Below, in pieces: positions 9,902-19,683 of a DNA stretch of 64,000 bases (position 1 is its first letter; the number at the start of each line of letters is the position of its first letter). The notes beneath the pieces are model-generated. The model worked only from the letters and a program-made list of their open reading frames with translations, ran no database searches and was not told the origin of the DNA. The DNA is from Candidatus Omnitrophota bacterium (GTDB taxonomy: Bacteria > Omnitrophota > Gorgyraeia > Zapsychrales > Zapsychraceae). A program made the translations under genes and the position numbers. The stretch covers positions 31,811 to 95,810 of the forward strand of contig JAIORP010000178.1 of the NCBI GenBank assembly GCA_021108075.1. Direction: 5' to 3'.

Positions 9902-10896
9902 ATGACCATGTCTACATTATCGCGGAAGCCGGGGTAAACCATAATGGGGATATGACGCTCGCTAAAGAAATGATTGATGTTGCTTCAGATTGTGGTGTTG
10001 ACGCGGTGAAATTTCAATCCTTTAATGCGGATTGTTTGGTCACACCACAAGCGCCAAAAGCGGAATATCAACAAGCGGACGTGAACAGTACCCAATACGA
10101 AATGTTAAAGAAATTGGAGTTGTCTGAAGATCAGACGGGTCTGTTAGCCGATCATTGTCAGACCAAACAGATCGATTTCATTTCGAGTCCGTTTGATATG
10201 GAAAGTTTGCGGATGCTTAGCTCAATGCCCTTGCGTATTTTGAAGATACCGTCGGGAGAAATAACAAATTTGCCGTATTTGCGGTTGGCCGGAAGATCGC
10301 GTAAAAGAATCATATTATCAACGGGGATGTCCACCCTCGATGAGGTTCAAACCGCTTGTGATATTTTGTTTCAAGCGGGTACAGCCAAAAAGGATATTAT
10401 TGTCTTGCAGTGTAATAGCGCGTACCCTTCGCCGGATCATGATGTGAATTTACGCGCCATGCTTTCGATGAAAGAATGTCTGGACCTGGAGGTTGGCCTT
10501 TCCGACCATACCCCTGGCATTGACATTGCTTTGGCAGCCGCGGGCATGGGCGCAAAAGTGATTGAGAAGCATTTCACGCTTGATCGAAATTTTAGCGGAC
10601 CGGACCATAAAGCCTCAATCGAACCGGATGAGTTAAAATTTTTAGTTCAGGGGATACGCCGGGTGGAAAAGGCCTTGGGCTCCTCTCAAAAGGCCCCGTC
10701 ACCATCGGAGAAAAAGAATATCAGCATTGTCCGCAAAAGCATTGTTGCCCTTCGAGACATCAAAAAGGGTGAAACGTATTCGGATCAGAATTTAACCACC
10801 AAAAGGCCGGCCTTTGGGCTGTCTCCGATGCGGTGGGATGATGTTGTCGGGGCAGTCGCTAATCGGGATTATAAAAAGGATGAGTTTATCGAATGA
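9898..10896 (+). CDS. neuB: N-acylneuraminate (nonulosonic acid) synthase, NeuB family with C-terminal SAF domain
   Basis: IIAEAGVNHNGD start, KFQ, LSDHTPG, EKHFTLD motifs and C-terminal SAF-like region; 332 aa. Could be a legI/pseI-type paralog rather than strict neuB. Confidence 0.8.
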   Translation: MNDHVYIIAEAGVNHNGDMTLAKEMIDVASDCGVDAVKFQSFNADCLVTPQAPKAEYQQADVNSTQYEMLKKLELSEDQTGLLADHCQTKQIDFISSPFDMESLRMLSSMPLRILKIPSGEITNLPYLRLAGRSRKRIILSTGMSTLDEVQTACDILFQAGTAKKDIIVLQCNSAYPSPDHDVNLRAMLSMKECLDLEVGLSDHTPGIDIALAAAGMGAKVIEKHFTLDRNFSGPDHKASIEPDELKFLVQGIRRVEKALGSSQKAPSPSEKKNISIVRKSIVALRDIKKGETYSDQNLTTKRPAFGLSPMRWDDVVGAVANRDYKKDEFIE

Positions 10897-12077
10897 TGAA
10901 AAGGATTTGTTTCATCACAGGATCCAGGGCTGAATATGGGTTGCTCCACGCGTTGATGAAGAACGTTGAGGCGGAGCCGGATTTCGAGTTGCAGATTATA
11001 GCGACAGGCGCGCATTTCTCGCCCGGTCTCGGTCGTACCTATTTAGAAATTGAAGCGGATGGCTTTGCTATCGATGAAAAAGTGGATATTCCATTGCCAA
11101 AGACGTCAGCGGCCATGTTAACCTATGTCGCTAACGCTGTTGATCAGACAGGTCATGCGCTTCAGCGCCTGCAACCGGATTTGGTTATTGTTTTGGGTGA
11201 CCGTTATGAAATATTTGCGGCTGCCTCGGCGGCGTGTTTACTGAAAATTCCTCTCGCGCATATACATGGCGGCGAGCTGACAGAGGGCGCCATCGATGAT
11301 GTGTTCCGGCATTGTGTGACCAAGATGAGTCATTTGCATTTTGTGTCAGCGGATGAATACCGGCGAAGAGTCATTCAGCTTGGCGAGAACCCTGATAGCG
11401 TTTATAATGTCGGAGCGCTTGCGATTGACAATATCAAAAACATGCCGTTATTAGCCAAACAAGATTTGGAAAATGATCTGAATCTCGCTTTTGACAGGCA
11501 GGTTTTACTTGTAACGTTTCACCCGGAGACATTATCGGATATATCGGTGTCTGAACAATGTCAAATTATGTTAGACGCCCTGGATACGTTTAAGGACGTG
11601 ATAATGATTTTTACAAAAGCCAATGCTGATCAGGGGGGAGATGTTGTCAATCACATGCTTGAGACATATGCCGCAAAGCGTCCGGCGGATAGAAAAGTAT
11701 TCGCTTCATTGGGTTGCCTGCGCTATCTGTCTTTTTTACAGTATGTTGATGGTGTTGTCGGTAATTCGTCAAGCGGGATCATTGAGGTCCCGTCATTTCA
11801 CATCGGAACAGTCAATGTCGGGGATCGGCAAAAAGGCCGGATAAGGGCGGACAGCGTTGTTGATTGTCCGTTTGATAAGGACAGGATCTGCCAGAGCATA
11901 CAAAAGATATTAAGTCCCGCGTTTAAAGACGGGATCAAGACAATGGCCAATCCGTATGGAGACGGATCGACCGGTGGTCGTATACTGGATGTTCTTAAGA
12001 CGTCTCATTTTAAAAATTTAACATTAAAGTCTTTTTTTGATTGTAAATTCGATAATAAGGAAGAGGTCTGGAAATGA
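10893..12077 (+). CDS. neuC: UDP-N-acetylglucosamine 2-epimerase (hydrolysing), NeuC/LegG family
   Basis: ICFITGSRAEYGLL N-terminus and HIHGGE motif; 394 aa. Confidence 0.8.
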   Translation: MMKRICFITGSRAEYGLLHALMKNVEAEPDFELQIIATGAHFSPGLGRTYLEIEADGFAIDEKVDIPLPKTSAAMLTYVANAVDQTGHALQRLQPDLVIVLGDRYEIFAAASAACLLKIPLAHIHGGELTEGAIDDVFRHCVTKMSHLHFVSADEYRRRVIQLGENPDSVYNVGALAIDNIKNMPLLAKQDLENDLNLAFDRQVLLVTFHPETLSDISVSEQCQIMLDALDTFKDVIMIFTKANADQGGDVVNHMLETYAAKRPADRKVFASLGCLRYLSFLQYVDGVVGNSSSGIIEVPSFHIGTVNVGDRQKGRIRADSVVDCPFDKDRICQSIQKILSPAFKDGIKTMANPYGDGSTGGRILDVLKTSHFKNLTLKSFFDCKFDNKEEVWK

Positions 12078-13462
12078 AGGTTTTATTAGTCGTCTATGAT
12101 AACGATTCCTATGTTTGTTGGTTTCCTCAAGGCTTAGGGTACATCGCGTCTATCTTATTAAAAGAAGGTTATGAGGTCGAAGTGTATAATCAGGACATCC
12201 ACCATTATCCGGATGAACATTTAACGGATTTTTTAAACAAGAATCATTTTGATGTCATTGCCGTGAGTGTTATCGCGGGATATTACCAATACCGGAAACT
12301 TTTATCCTTATCAAAAGCCATCAATACCGCGCGAGACCGTCCTTTTTATATGATCGGTGGCCACGGCCCGGCTCCTGATCCGGCGCATTTTTTTAAGAAG
12401 ACCGGAGCGGATGTGATCGTGATCGGTGAAGGGGAAGATACAATAAAAGAATTATTCGCATGTTTGGGATCGGGTCAAAGCTTGAAAGATGTTAAGGGTT
12501 TGGCCTATCAGAGTGATGGACAGATGGTTATGAATGAACGCCGCGATCTCATCAAGGACGTCGATAGCATTCCCTGGCCGGCCTATGATTTGTTTCCCAT
12601 CGACCATTACAAATTATTAAGGATGCCGAATTGCTCTAGCCGTGATTTTGTCATGCCTGTTTTATCCGGACGGGGCTGTACGTTTAAATGCAACTTTTGT
12701 TACCGTATGGATAAGGGTTTTCGGCCGCGGAGCAATGAAAGCATTATTGACGAGATCAAATATCTTAAAAAAGAATTCGGTATTACGTATATCGCTTTCT
12801 CTGATGAATTATTAATGTCATCGGTCAGTCGGACCGTATCCCTTTGCGAAGCATTTTTAAAAGCGGACTTAAATGTGAAATGGGATTGCAATGGGCGTTT
12901 AAATTACGCGAGGCCGGACATGTTAAAAGTGATGAAGCGGTCAGGATGTGTCTTTATAAACTATGGCATCGAAGCGGTCGACGACCAAGTTTTGAAGAAC
13001 ATGAATAAACATTTAACCGTTGAGATGATTATTAAAGGAATTGAAGCGACTTTAAAAGAAAGCATCAGTCCTGGTTTTAATGTTATCTGGGGCAACCTCG
13101 GTGATAATCTCGACACCTTAAATAAAGGCGTTGAATTTTTACTAAAATATGATGACAGCGTTCAATTGCGTAATATCCGCCCTGTGACGCCATATCCCGG
13201 TTGTGAGCTTTATGATATCGCCATTGAAAGAGGACTTGTCAAAGACATTGAAGATTTTTATGAAAACAAACATGTGAATTCTGATTTGCTGGCCGTTAAT
13301 TTCACCGATCTGAGTGACAAAGAATTTCATAAGGCTTTGTACGATGCGAATAAACGGTTATTAAATAATTATTTTGATAAGAAAAAAGCTTCCTATATCA
13401 AGCAATCTTATGATTTATATGTGGGCGGAAACACCAACTTTCGTGGTTTTCGTCACACTTAG
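12074..13462 (+). CDS. B12-binding-domain radical SAM enzyme (class B; candidate C-methyltransferase/modifying enzyme)
   Basis: N-terminal B12-binding-like Rossmann region then CTFKCNFC (CxxxCxxC) cluster; 462 aa. Confidence 0.7.
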   Translation: MKVLLVVYDNDSYVCWFPQGLGYIASILLKEGYEVEVYNQDIHHYPDEHLTDFLNKNHFDVIAVSVIAGYYQYRKLLSLSKAINTARDRPFYMIGGHGPAPDPAHFFKKTGADVIVIGEGEDTIKELFACLGSGQSLKDVKGLAYQSDGQMVMNERRDLIKDVDSIPWPAYDLFPIDHYKLLRMPNCSSRDFVMPVLSGRGCTFKCNFCYRMDKGFRPRSNESIIDEIKYLKKEFGITYIAFSDELLMSSVSRTVSLCEAFLKADLNVKWDCNGRLNYARPDMLKVMKRSGCVFINYGIEAVDDQVLKNMNKHLTVEMIIKGIEATLKESISPGFNVIWGNLGDNLDTLNKGVEFLLKYDDSVQLRNIRPVTPYPGCELYDIAIERGLVKDIEDFYENKHVNSDLLAVNFTDLSDKEFHKALYDANKRLLNNYFDKKKASYIKQSYDLYVGGNTNFRGFRHT

Positions 13463-13477
13463 AATGAATGGTCTCCA

Positions 13478-14329
13478 ATGAAAAATATCCGTGTTATTCC
13501 TAGAATTGATATTAAAGGACCCAATCTCGTCAAAGGGATTCACTTAGAAGGGTTGCGCGTTTTAGGCAAGCCCGAAGATTTTGCCCGCTATTATTATGAG
13601 CATGGCGCGGATGAGCTTATTTATATGGATATCGTCGCCAGCCTGTATGGCCGCAACAGTCTGCGTGATATTATCGAAAAAACCGCCCGGGAAATATTTA
13701 TTCCCTTTACCGTCGGTGGAGGGATTCGAACGCTTGAAGATATTCGTGCCATATTACGCGCGGGAGCGGACAAAGTGTCGGTCAACACAGCCGCTATTAA
13801 GGACGCCAACATGATCAGGGAGGCCGCGCGGAAATTTGGTTCGTCGACGATTGTCATTTCGATCGAAGCGATCAAAGAGCCTGACGGCCGGTATTTGGCA
13901 TATACTGATTGCGGACGGGAACATACAGGAATTGAAATTGTCGCGTGGGCAAAAAAAGTTGAAGACCTTGGCGCCGGAGAAATTTTTTTAACGTCGGTTG
14001 ATAAAGATGGCACAGGTGAGGGGTATGACATTGAACTTATACGCCGTGTTTCAGAAACGGTATCCATTCCTGTGATCGCTTACGGCGGGGCAGGTAATTG
14101 TGAAGATATTGTTAATGTGATTAAGGATGGAAAGGCGGACGCGGTCAGCATGTCATCTGTTCTTCATTACGGCGTGATTGGAAATAAGGCCCTGGATGAG
14201 AGCAGTTTCCAGAGTGAGGGTAATATCACTTATTTGAAAAGCGGCAAGGTGTTTTCAAAGATTGAACCGCATACCATTGAATCGATAAAGAATTCTTTAA
14301 AAGCAAGCGGTATTATGTGCCGGCATTGA
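13478..14329 (+). CDS. HisF-like cyclase subunit (WbuZ-like) of imidazole-glycerol-phosphate-synthase-type amidotransferase
   Basis: RVIPRIDIKG ... VKG start and GGGI phosphate-binding motifs characteristic of HisF; 283 aa. Confidence 0.8.
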   Translation: MKNIRVIPRIDIKGPNLVKGIHLEGLRVLGKPEDFARYYYEHGADELIYMDIVASLYGRNSLRDIIEKTAREIFIPFTVGGGIRTLEDIRAILRAGADKVSVNTAAIKDANMIREAARKFGSSTIVISIEAIKEPDGRYLAYTDCGREHTGIEIVAWAKKVEDLGAGEIFLTSVDKDGTGEGYDIELIRRVSETVSIPVIAYGGAGNCEDIVNVIKDGKADAVSMSSVLHYGVIGNKALDESSFQSEGNITYLKSGKVFSKIEPHTIESIKNSLKASGIMCRH

Positions 14330-14344
14330 TCAAAGGAAGGGGAT

Positions 14345-14977
14345 ATGAAGGCCGTTGTTGTTGATTATCATATGGGAAATTTATTCAGTGTGAGACAGGC
14401 CTGTGAGCAAGTCGGTTTTGAGAGTGTGATTTCATCGAAGAAAGAAGATGTTGATCACGCGGATGCCATTATCCTGCCCGGCGTCGGGGCTTTCGGGGTT
14501 GCGATGGAACATTTGAAAAAGAATGATTTGGTCGATGTCTTAAAGAGAAATATTGAACAGAAAAAACCGTTCTTGGGTGTCTGCCTCGGATTTCAGCTTT
14601 TAATGGATAGAAGCACGGAATTTGGTGAATATGAAGGGTTAGGCGTTTTTCGCGGAAGTGTTAAAAAATTTCCCGCGCGGGTGAGAAAAATTCCGCATGT
14701 GGGTTGGAATACCCTGCGCGTTAATGAAGGAAACGCGTCATGCTCCCGGGTCTTTAAGGACATCGGTTATGACGAATATTATTATTTTGTGCATTCATAT
14801 TATGTCGACACGCGAGAAGATGTGCTGACGACGACCGATTATGAGGGGTTTTCTTTTTGTTCGGCTATTGCTAAAGATCATATTTGGGGACTGCAATTTC
14901 ATCCCGAGAAAAGCGCCCGGCAAGGATTAAAGCTTTACGAGAATTTTTTTCAATATGTGAAAGGTATAAATAGATGA
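14345..14977 (+). CDS. HisH-like glutamine amidotransferase subunit (WbuY-like)
   Basis: GVCLGFQLL catalytic Cys motif and HPEKS; 210 aa. Confidence 0.8.
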   Translation: MKAVVVDYHMGNLFSVRQACEQVGFESVISSKKEDVDHADAIILPGVGAFGVAMEHLKKNDLVDVLKRNIEQKKPFLGVCLGFQLLMDRSTEFGEYEGLGVFRGSVKKFPARVRKIPHVGWNTLRVNEGNASCSRVFKDIGYDEYYYFVHSYYVDTREDVLTTTDYEGFSFCSAIAKDHIWGLQFHPEKSARQGLKLYENFFQYVKGINR

Positions 14978-16185
14978 ATACTGAAGTGTTAGAAGTTAAA
15001 TACGGATTGCCGCGTGACGTGAAGTTTTGTGCGAAATGCGTGATATCCAATCAACGCCCGGCTTCAAGTGTGGAGTTTAAACACAGCAGATCCAAAAAAC
15101 ACCGGACGATGAATTTTGATGACCGGGGCGTTTGTGATGCTTGCCGTGTCGCTGAAACAAAAGAGAATATCGATTGGGCTGAACGTGAAGAAGAATTGCT
15201 ACGGTTGTTAGAACAGTACCGCAGCAAAGATGGTTCGTATGATTGTATCGTGCCCGGCAGCGGGGGCAAGGATAGTGTTTATGCCGCGCATGTTTTGAAG
15301 TATAAATACGGCATGCATCCTTTGACCGTCACGTGGGCCCCGATGATGTATACGGACTACGGTTACCAGAATTTTCGTAACTGGATCGAAATAGGCGGGT
15401 TTGATAACCTCAGCTTTAATCAAAACGGACGGGTCATGAAATTGTTGACCAGGCTGTCGATTGAAAATTTATTGCATCCGTTCCAAACATTTATTTTAGG
15501 CCAAAAGAATATCGCTCCCAAACTGGCGTTGAAATACGAAATTCCTTTAATCTTTTATGGTGAAAGTGAAGGTGAGTACGGCAACCCCATCGCCGAAACA
15601 CAAACAGCATTAAGGGACCGTTCGTATTACACGATGAACAATTTAGATGAGATATATTTAGGCGGGGTCTCGATCCCGGAGCTTTTAGAGAAGCATGATG
15701 TTGAGCTTGTGGATCTCATGGCCTTCTTGCCCCCCAATCATAAAGAAGTTGAAAGGAAGAAAATTGACGTGCATTATTTGGGGTATTATTTAAAATGGCT
15801 TCCGCAGGAAGTTTATTATTACTCCGTCGAGCATGTTAATTTTAAAGCGCGTCCATTTCGCAGTCAGGGAACATACAGCAAATACAATAGCATTGATGAC
15901 AAAATTGATGATCTGCATTATTATACAACCTATATTAAATTCGGGATAGGCCGGGCGACTTATGATGCCTCACAAGAAATCAGGAACAAACATTTAACGC
16001 GTGAAGAAGGTGTCGCGCTCGTGCATAAATTCGATGGTGAGTTTCCTGACCGGTATTTTAAAGAAGTCATGGCGTATCTAGATATGAACCCGGAGCGGTT
16101 CTTAGAACTTTGTGATCAGGCCCGCTCGCCGCATTTATGGATGAAAGATGGAAGTGAATGGAAACTAAAATACAGGGTGTCTTAA
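14974..16185 (+). CDS. N-acetyl sugar amidotransferase (WbuX / PseA-like, PP-loop ATP pyrophosphatase)
   Basis: PP-loop VPGSGGKDS; 403 aa; sits directly after the HisF/HisH pair. Confidence 0.75.
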   Translation: MNTEVLEVKYGLPRDVKFCAKCVISNQRPASSVEFKHSRSKKHRTMNFDDRGVCDACRVAETKENIDWAEREEELLRLLEQYRSKDGSYDCIVPGSGGKDSVYAAHVLKYKYGMHPLTVTWAPMMYTDYGYQNFRNWIEIGGFDNLSFNQNGRVMKLLTRLSIENLLHPFQTFILGQKNIAPKLALKYEIPLIFYGESEGEYGNPIAETQTALRDRSYYTMNNLDEIYLGGVSIPELLEKHDVELVDLMAFLPPNHKEVERKKIDVHYLGYYLKWLPQEVYYYSVEHVNFKARPFRSQGTYSKYNSIDDKIDDLHYYTTYIKFGIGRATYDASQEIRNKHLTREEGVALVHKFDGEFPDRYFKEVMAYLDMNPERFLELCDQARSPHLWMKDGSEWKLKYRVS

Positions 16186-16189
16186 AATT

Positions 16190-17266
16190 ATGGATATAGA
16201 CAGCAATATAAAAAAATTATTTATCAATGGTACGATTTCTTTAAAAGAGGCCATGAAGAAAATCAGCAAAGAAGGACAGGGTGTTCTCATTGTGGTGGAC
16301 GGCCAATCAATGTTAATGGGAATGTTAACGGATGGAGACATTCGCCGGGCGATATTATCCGGTCATCCTTACAGCGACGCGATTGACGGTATTTATAATG
16401 ATCATCCGCACTTTGTATCAGAGCCTACTTCACATGAACAGATTCGAAACATTATGCTGCAGGACCGGATTGAGGCCGTTCCTGTCGTTGATGATAATAA
16501 GCGCATTATAGATGTTGTTTTCTGGGATGATATCATCAGTGAAACGGTTCAAAGGCCTAAACGGAAACTGAATGTTCCGGTCGTGATTATGGCTGGAGGG
16601 AAAGGGACCCGTCTGGACCCTTTCACGAGAATTTTGCCAAAATTGCTTATACCCATCGGAGAAAAAGCGATTATCGACATTATTATCGACAAATTTGCTT
16701 TTTATGGAATCACACAATTTTATATATCCATCAATAACAAAGCTAAAATTGTGAAAGCTTATTTTGAAGAGAGATATTCTGATTATCATTTGCATTATTT
16801 AGAAGAAACCAGGCCTTTAGGAACGGCCGGGAGTTTGAAGGCTTTACCACGGAAGTTCAAGGGTTCTTTTTTTGTGTCAAACTGTGACATTATTGTTGAT
16901 TGTGATTATTCGGATATTTACGGTTTTCATTGTGAGAAAAATAATGATATAACGATTGTCGGCTCTCACCGGCATTTTGTGATCCCCTACGGCGTCTGTG
17001 AGATCAAGAACGGTGGCACATTGAAATCTATCAATGAGAAGCCGGAATATGATTTTTTAGTGAATACAGGCATGGTTGTTCTTAAGCGGAGTGTTTTGAA
17101 ATATATCCCGAGAAATAAAGAATTTCATATGACTGATTTAATTTCCTCTGTGCAGCAAAAAGGCGGGAAGGTGGGCGTTTATCCGATTGATGAAAAATCC
17201 TGGATTGATGTCGGGCAGTGGGATGAATATAAGAAGGTCATGGAAAACTTCGAGAAAAAGTTATGA
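16190..17266 (+). CDS. CBS-pair + sugar-phosphate nucleotidyltransferase (PtmE-like guanylyl/nucleotidyl-transferase)
   Basis: N-terminal CBS region, then VVIMAGGKGTRL nucleotidyltransferase motif; 358 aa. Architecture matches C. jejuni PtmE. Confidence 0.75.
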   Translation: MDIDSNIKKLFINGTISLKEAMKKISKEGQGVLIVVDGQSMLMGMLTDGDIRRAILSGHPYSDAIDGIYNDHPHFVSEPTSHEQIRNIMLQDRIEAVPVVDDNKRIIDVVFWDDIISETVQRPKRKLNVPVVIMAGGKGTRLDPFTRILPKLLIPIGEKAIIDIIIDKFAFYGITQFYISINNKAKIVKAYFEERYSDYHLHYLEETRPLGTAGSLKALPRKFKGSFFVSNCDIIVDCDYSDIYGFHCEKNNDITIVGSHRHFVIPYGVCEIKNGGTLKSINEKPEYDFLVNTGMVVLKRSVLKYIPRNKEFHMTDLISSVQQKGGKVGVYPIDEKSWIDVGQWDEYKKVMENFEKKL

Positions 17267-18204
17267 GAGTCTGTCTATTTGGGTTAGGGTCGATTGGTCG
17301 ACGGCATGCCAAGCTGTTATCCCAGTTTGATGCTATTGATCTGGTTGCTTTTCGTACAGGAAAAGGACAACAAAAAAATGGTTCAGGTGTGCCTGAAATT
17401 TTTTCATGGGATGAGGTGAAAGAGTTCCACCCGGATATCGCTGTCATATCTAATCCAACTTTTTTACATATTGACACAGCCTTGCTTTGTGCTGAGATGG
17501 GGATGCACTTGTTTATTGAGAAGCCTATTGACGTTTCGGTAAGACGTTTAAAAGAATTAACACGAATTGTTTCGGATAAGGATTTATTAACGTATGTCGC
17601 TTATGTCTTGAGGTTCCATCCTGCGATCAAGTATATAAAGGATCAACTGCAATCTCATCAAGTATTAAATGTTTCCGTGCGGTCTTCATCCTATTTGCCT
17701 GATTGGCGCCCGGGTTTTAATTATAAGGAGATGTTTTCTGTGAGAAAAGATCAGGGTGGCGGAGTTATCCTGGATTTGTCCCATGAATTTGATTATATTC
17801 AATATTTGTTTGGATCGATTGAAACAATGGAGGGGAAGTTCGGTCAGGCTTCCAATATAACCATCGACGCGGAAGATTATTGTGACGCCATTATTCGGAC
17901 GGAAAACTGTCCAAGCATCAATTTGCATCTTGATTATTTCAGCCGGTATGCCGAGCGGTATTTGAAAATAGATGTGGCCGGAGGGGCCTTTATGGTGGAC
18001 CTGATAAAAAGCACGGTTGAATGGCATCATGACGGGCGTGTTGACAGGAAGGATTTCCCGTTTGAACGTGATGACATATACAGGGAACAATTGGAACTTT
18101 TTATGGATCATGTTAAACAGGGTCGGCCGATGAGTAACAATCTTGAAGAAGCTTCCGTGTTGTTCGAAAAAATAATCGCATTCAAGGAAAGAGGGTCCCT
18201 GTGA
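17263..18204 (+). CDS. Gfo/Idh/MocA-family oxidoreductase (PtmF-position)
   Basis: VCLFGLGSIGRRH and FIEKP motifs; 313 aa. Confidence 0.7.
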   Translation: MRVCLFGLGSIGRRHAKLLSQFDAIDLVAFRTGKGQQKNGSGVPEIFSWDEVKEFHPDIAVISNPTFLHIDTALLCAEMGMHLFIEKPIDVSVRRLKELTRIVSDKDLLTYVAYVLRFHPAIKYIKDQLQSHQVLNVSVRSSSYLPDWRPGFNYKEMFSVRKDQGGGVILDLSHEFDYIQYLFGSIETMEGKFGQASNITIDAEDYCDAIIRTENCPSINLHLDYFSRYAERYLKIDVAGGAFMVDLIKSTVEWHHDGRVDRKDFPFERDDIYREQLELFMDHVKQGRPMSNNLEEASVLFEKIIAFKERGSL

Positions 18205-18917
18205 ACGTATTAGCCACCATAGCGGCGCGGGGCGGATCAAAAGGAGTTCCCGGTAAAAACATTAAGGAATTGCTGGGAAGACCGCTGATCGCCTATACCA
18301 TTGAACAGGCCGTAGCCTGTGATTTTATCGACAGGGTTGTCTGTTCCACGGATTCTGAGGAAATTTTAGACATCGCTAAACAATATGGCGCTGAAGGGCC
18401 GTTCATCAGGCCCCTTGAACTGGCACAAGATTCTTCCGCGAAATTGCCTGTTATTCAACACGCGGCGCGTTATTATATCGACCGTATGGGTTTTGTTCCT
18501 GATGTTATTATTGACCTGGACCCGACATCGCCTTTGCGTGCCATTGATGATATCAAGAAATGTTTTGATGTTTTGCTCTCAGACGAGGATTGTGACACGG
18601 TTATCACCGGATACCTCGCCCGCAAAAATCCATATTTTAACATGGTTGAAGACACCGGCGACGGATATGTTCAGGTGTGTAAAGGTGATGGTTTGGTTGT
18701 CTCCCGCCAGTCAGCACCGACGGTATATTCGATGAACGCCTCCATTTACGCCTGGCGGACAGAGGACCTGTTTAAACTGGATAATGTGCTGAGGGGCCGG
18801 ACGCGTATCGTTGAAATGCCCTATGAGTCGTCTGTTGATATTGACAGTTTATTTGATTTTAAGACAGTTGAATTTTTAATGAAAGAAAAGGGGAATCATG
18901 GGATTGGATCGTTTTAG
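18201..18917 (+). CDS. Acylneuraminate cytidylyltransferase family (PtmB/LegF-like CMP-sugar synthetase)
   Basis: IAARGGSKGVPGKNI motif; 238 aa; GTG start. Confidence 0.75.
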   Translation: MNVLATIAARGGSKGVPGKNIKELLGRPLIAYTIEQAVACDFIDRVVCSTDSEEILDIAKQYGAEGPFIRPLELAQDSSAKLPVIQHAARYYIDRMGFVPDVIIDLDPTSPLRAIDDIKKCFDVLLSDEDCDTVITGYLARKNPYFNMVEDTGDGYVQVCKGDGLVVSRQSAPTVYSMNASIYAWRTEDLFKLDNVLRGRTRIVEMPYESSVDIDSLFDFKTVEFLMKEKGNHGIGSF

Positions 18918-19683
18918 TTTAAAAGATAAAATTGCTGTCGTAACAGGCGGGGCAGGTTTACTTGGATCAGCCATGTGTCAGCTTTTTGCTGAAGCGGGCG
19001 CGAAAGTTTATATCGCGGAATTTGATCAGGATAAAGCGCGAATATTAAAAGAAGACATCCTTAAACAAGGCAACCAGGCAGAGTTTGTCTTTTTGGATAT
19101 CACGCAAGAGGAATCGGTTGAACAATGTATCAACAGCATTGCCTCGCAGGACGAGCGGATTGATATCTGGGTGAACAATGCTTATCCGCGGACGCCTGAT
19201 TGGGGTGATAAATTTGAAAATGTTAAGATCGATTCTATCCGGAAAAATGTTGACGCGCATATGAATGGTTATTTTATGTGTTGCCAGAAAGTATTGTTGC
19301 GGATGAAAACCGCCGGGGGAGGGACTGTCGTTAATATCGGTTCGCATTATGGCGTGCTGGGCCCGAATTTCAGTGTTTATGACGGCACTGAGATGACCAT
19401 GCCGGTGGCCTATTCAATGATAAAAGGCGGTATTGTTAATTTAACGCGCTATTTAGCCACATACTTTGCGAAAGATAATATTCGCGTTAATACCGTTTGT
19501 CCGGGTGGTGTTTTTGACTCTCAGCCTTCCGCTTTTGTCCAACGTTACAATGACAAGGTCCCTTTGGGCCGTATGGCAAATCCGGATGAGATTGCCAACA
19601 GCGTCTTGTTTCTAGTGTCAGACGCGGCCTCTTACATCACGGGGCAAACACTAATGGTTGATGGGGGCTTATCAATCTGGTAA
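18898..19683 (+). CDS. SDR oxidoreductase (PtmA-like)
   Basis: VTGGAGLLG, NNAY, YSMIKGG (YxxxK); 261 aa; similar to the 3745..4578 paralog. Confidence 0.75.
   Translation: MGLDRFSLKDKIAVVTGGAGLLGSAMCQLFAEAGAKVYIAEFDQDKARILKEDILKQGNQAEFVFLDITQEESVEQCINSIASQDERIDIWVNNAYPRTPDWGDKFENVKIDSIRKNVDAHMNGYFMCCQKVLLRMKTAGGGTVVNIGSHYGVLGPNFSVYDGTEMTMPVAYSMIKGGIVNLTRYLATYFAKDNIRVNTVCPGGVFDSQPSAFVQRYNDKVPLGRMANPDEIANSVLFLVSDAASYITGQTLMVDGGLSIW

Noticed and set aside
13621-14067. 148-aa minus-strand ORF, plus other minus-strand ORFs of 60-185 aa (e.g. 17686..18240, 34783..35256, 47870..48196, 29098..29460)
   Set aside because: All lie entirely inside well-supported + strand CDS with clear family motifs. 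They have no RBS or independent motif support and are typical antisense shadow ORFs.
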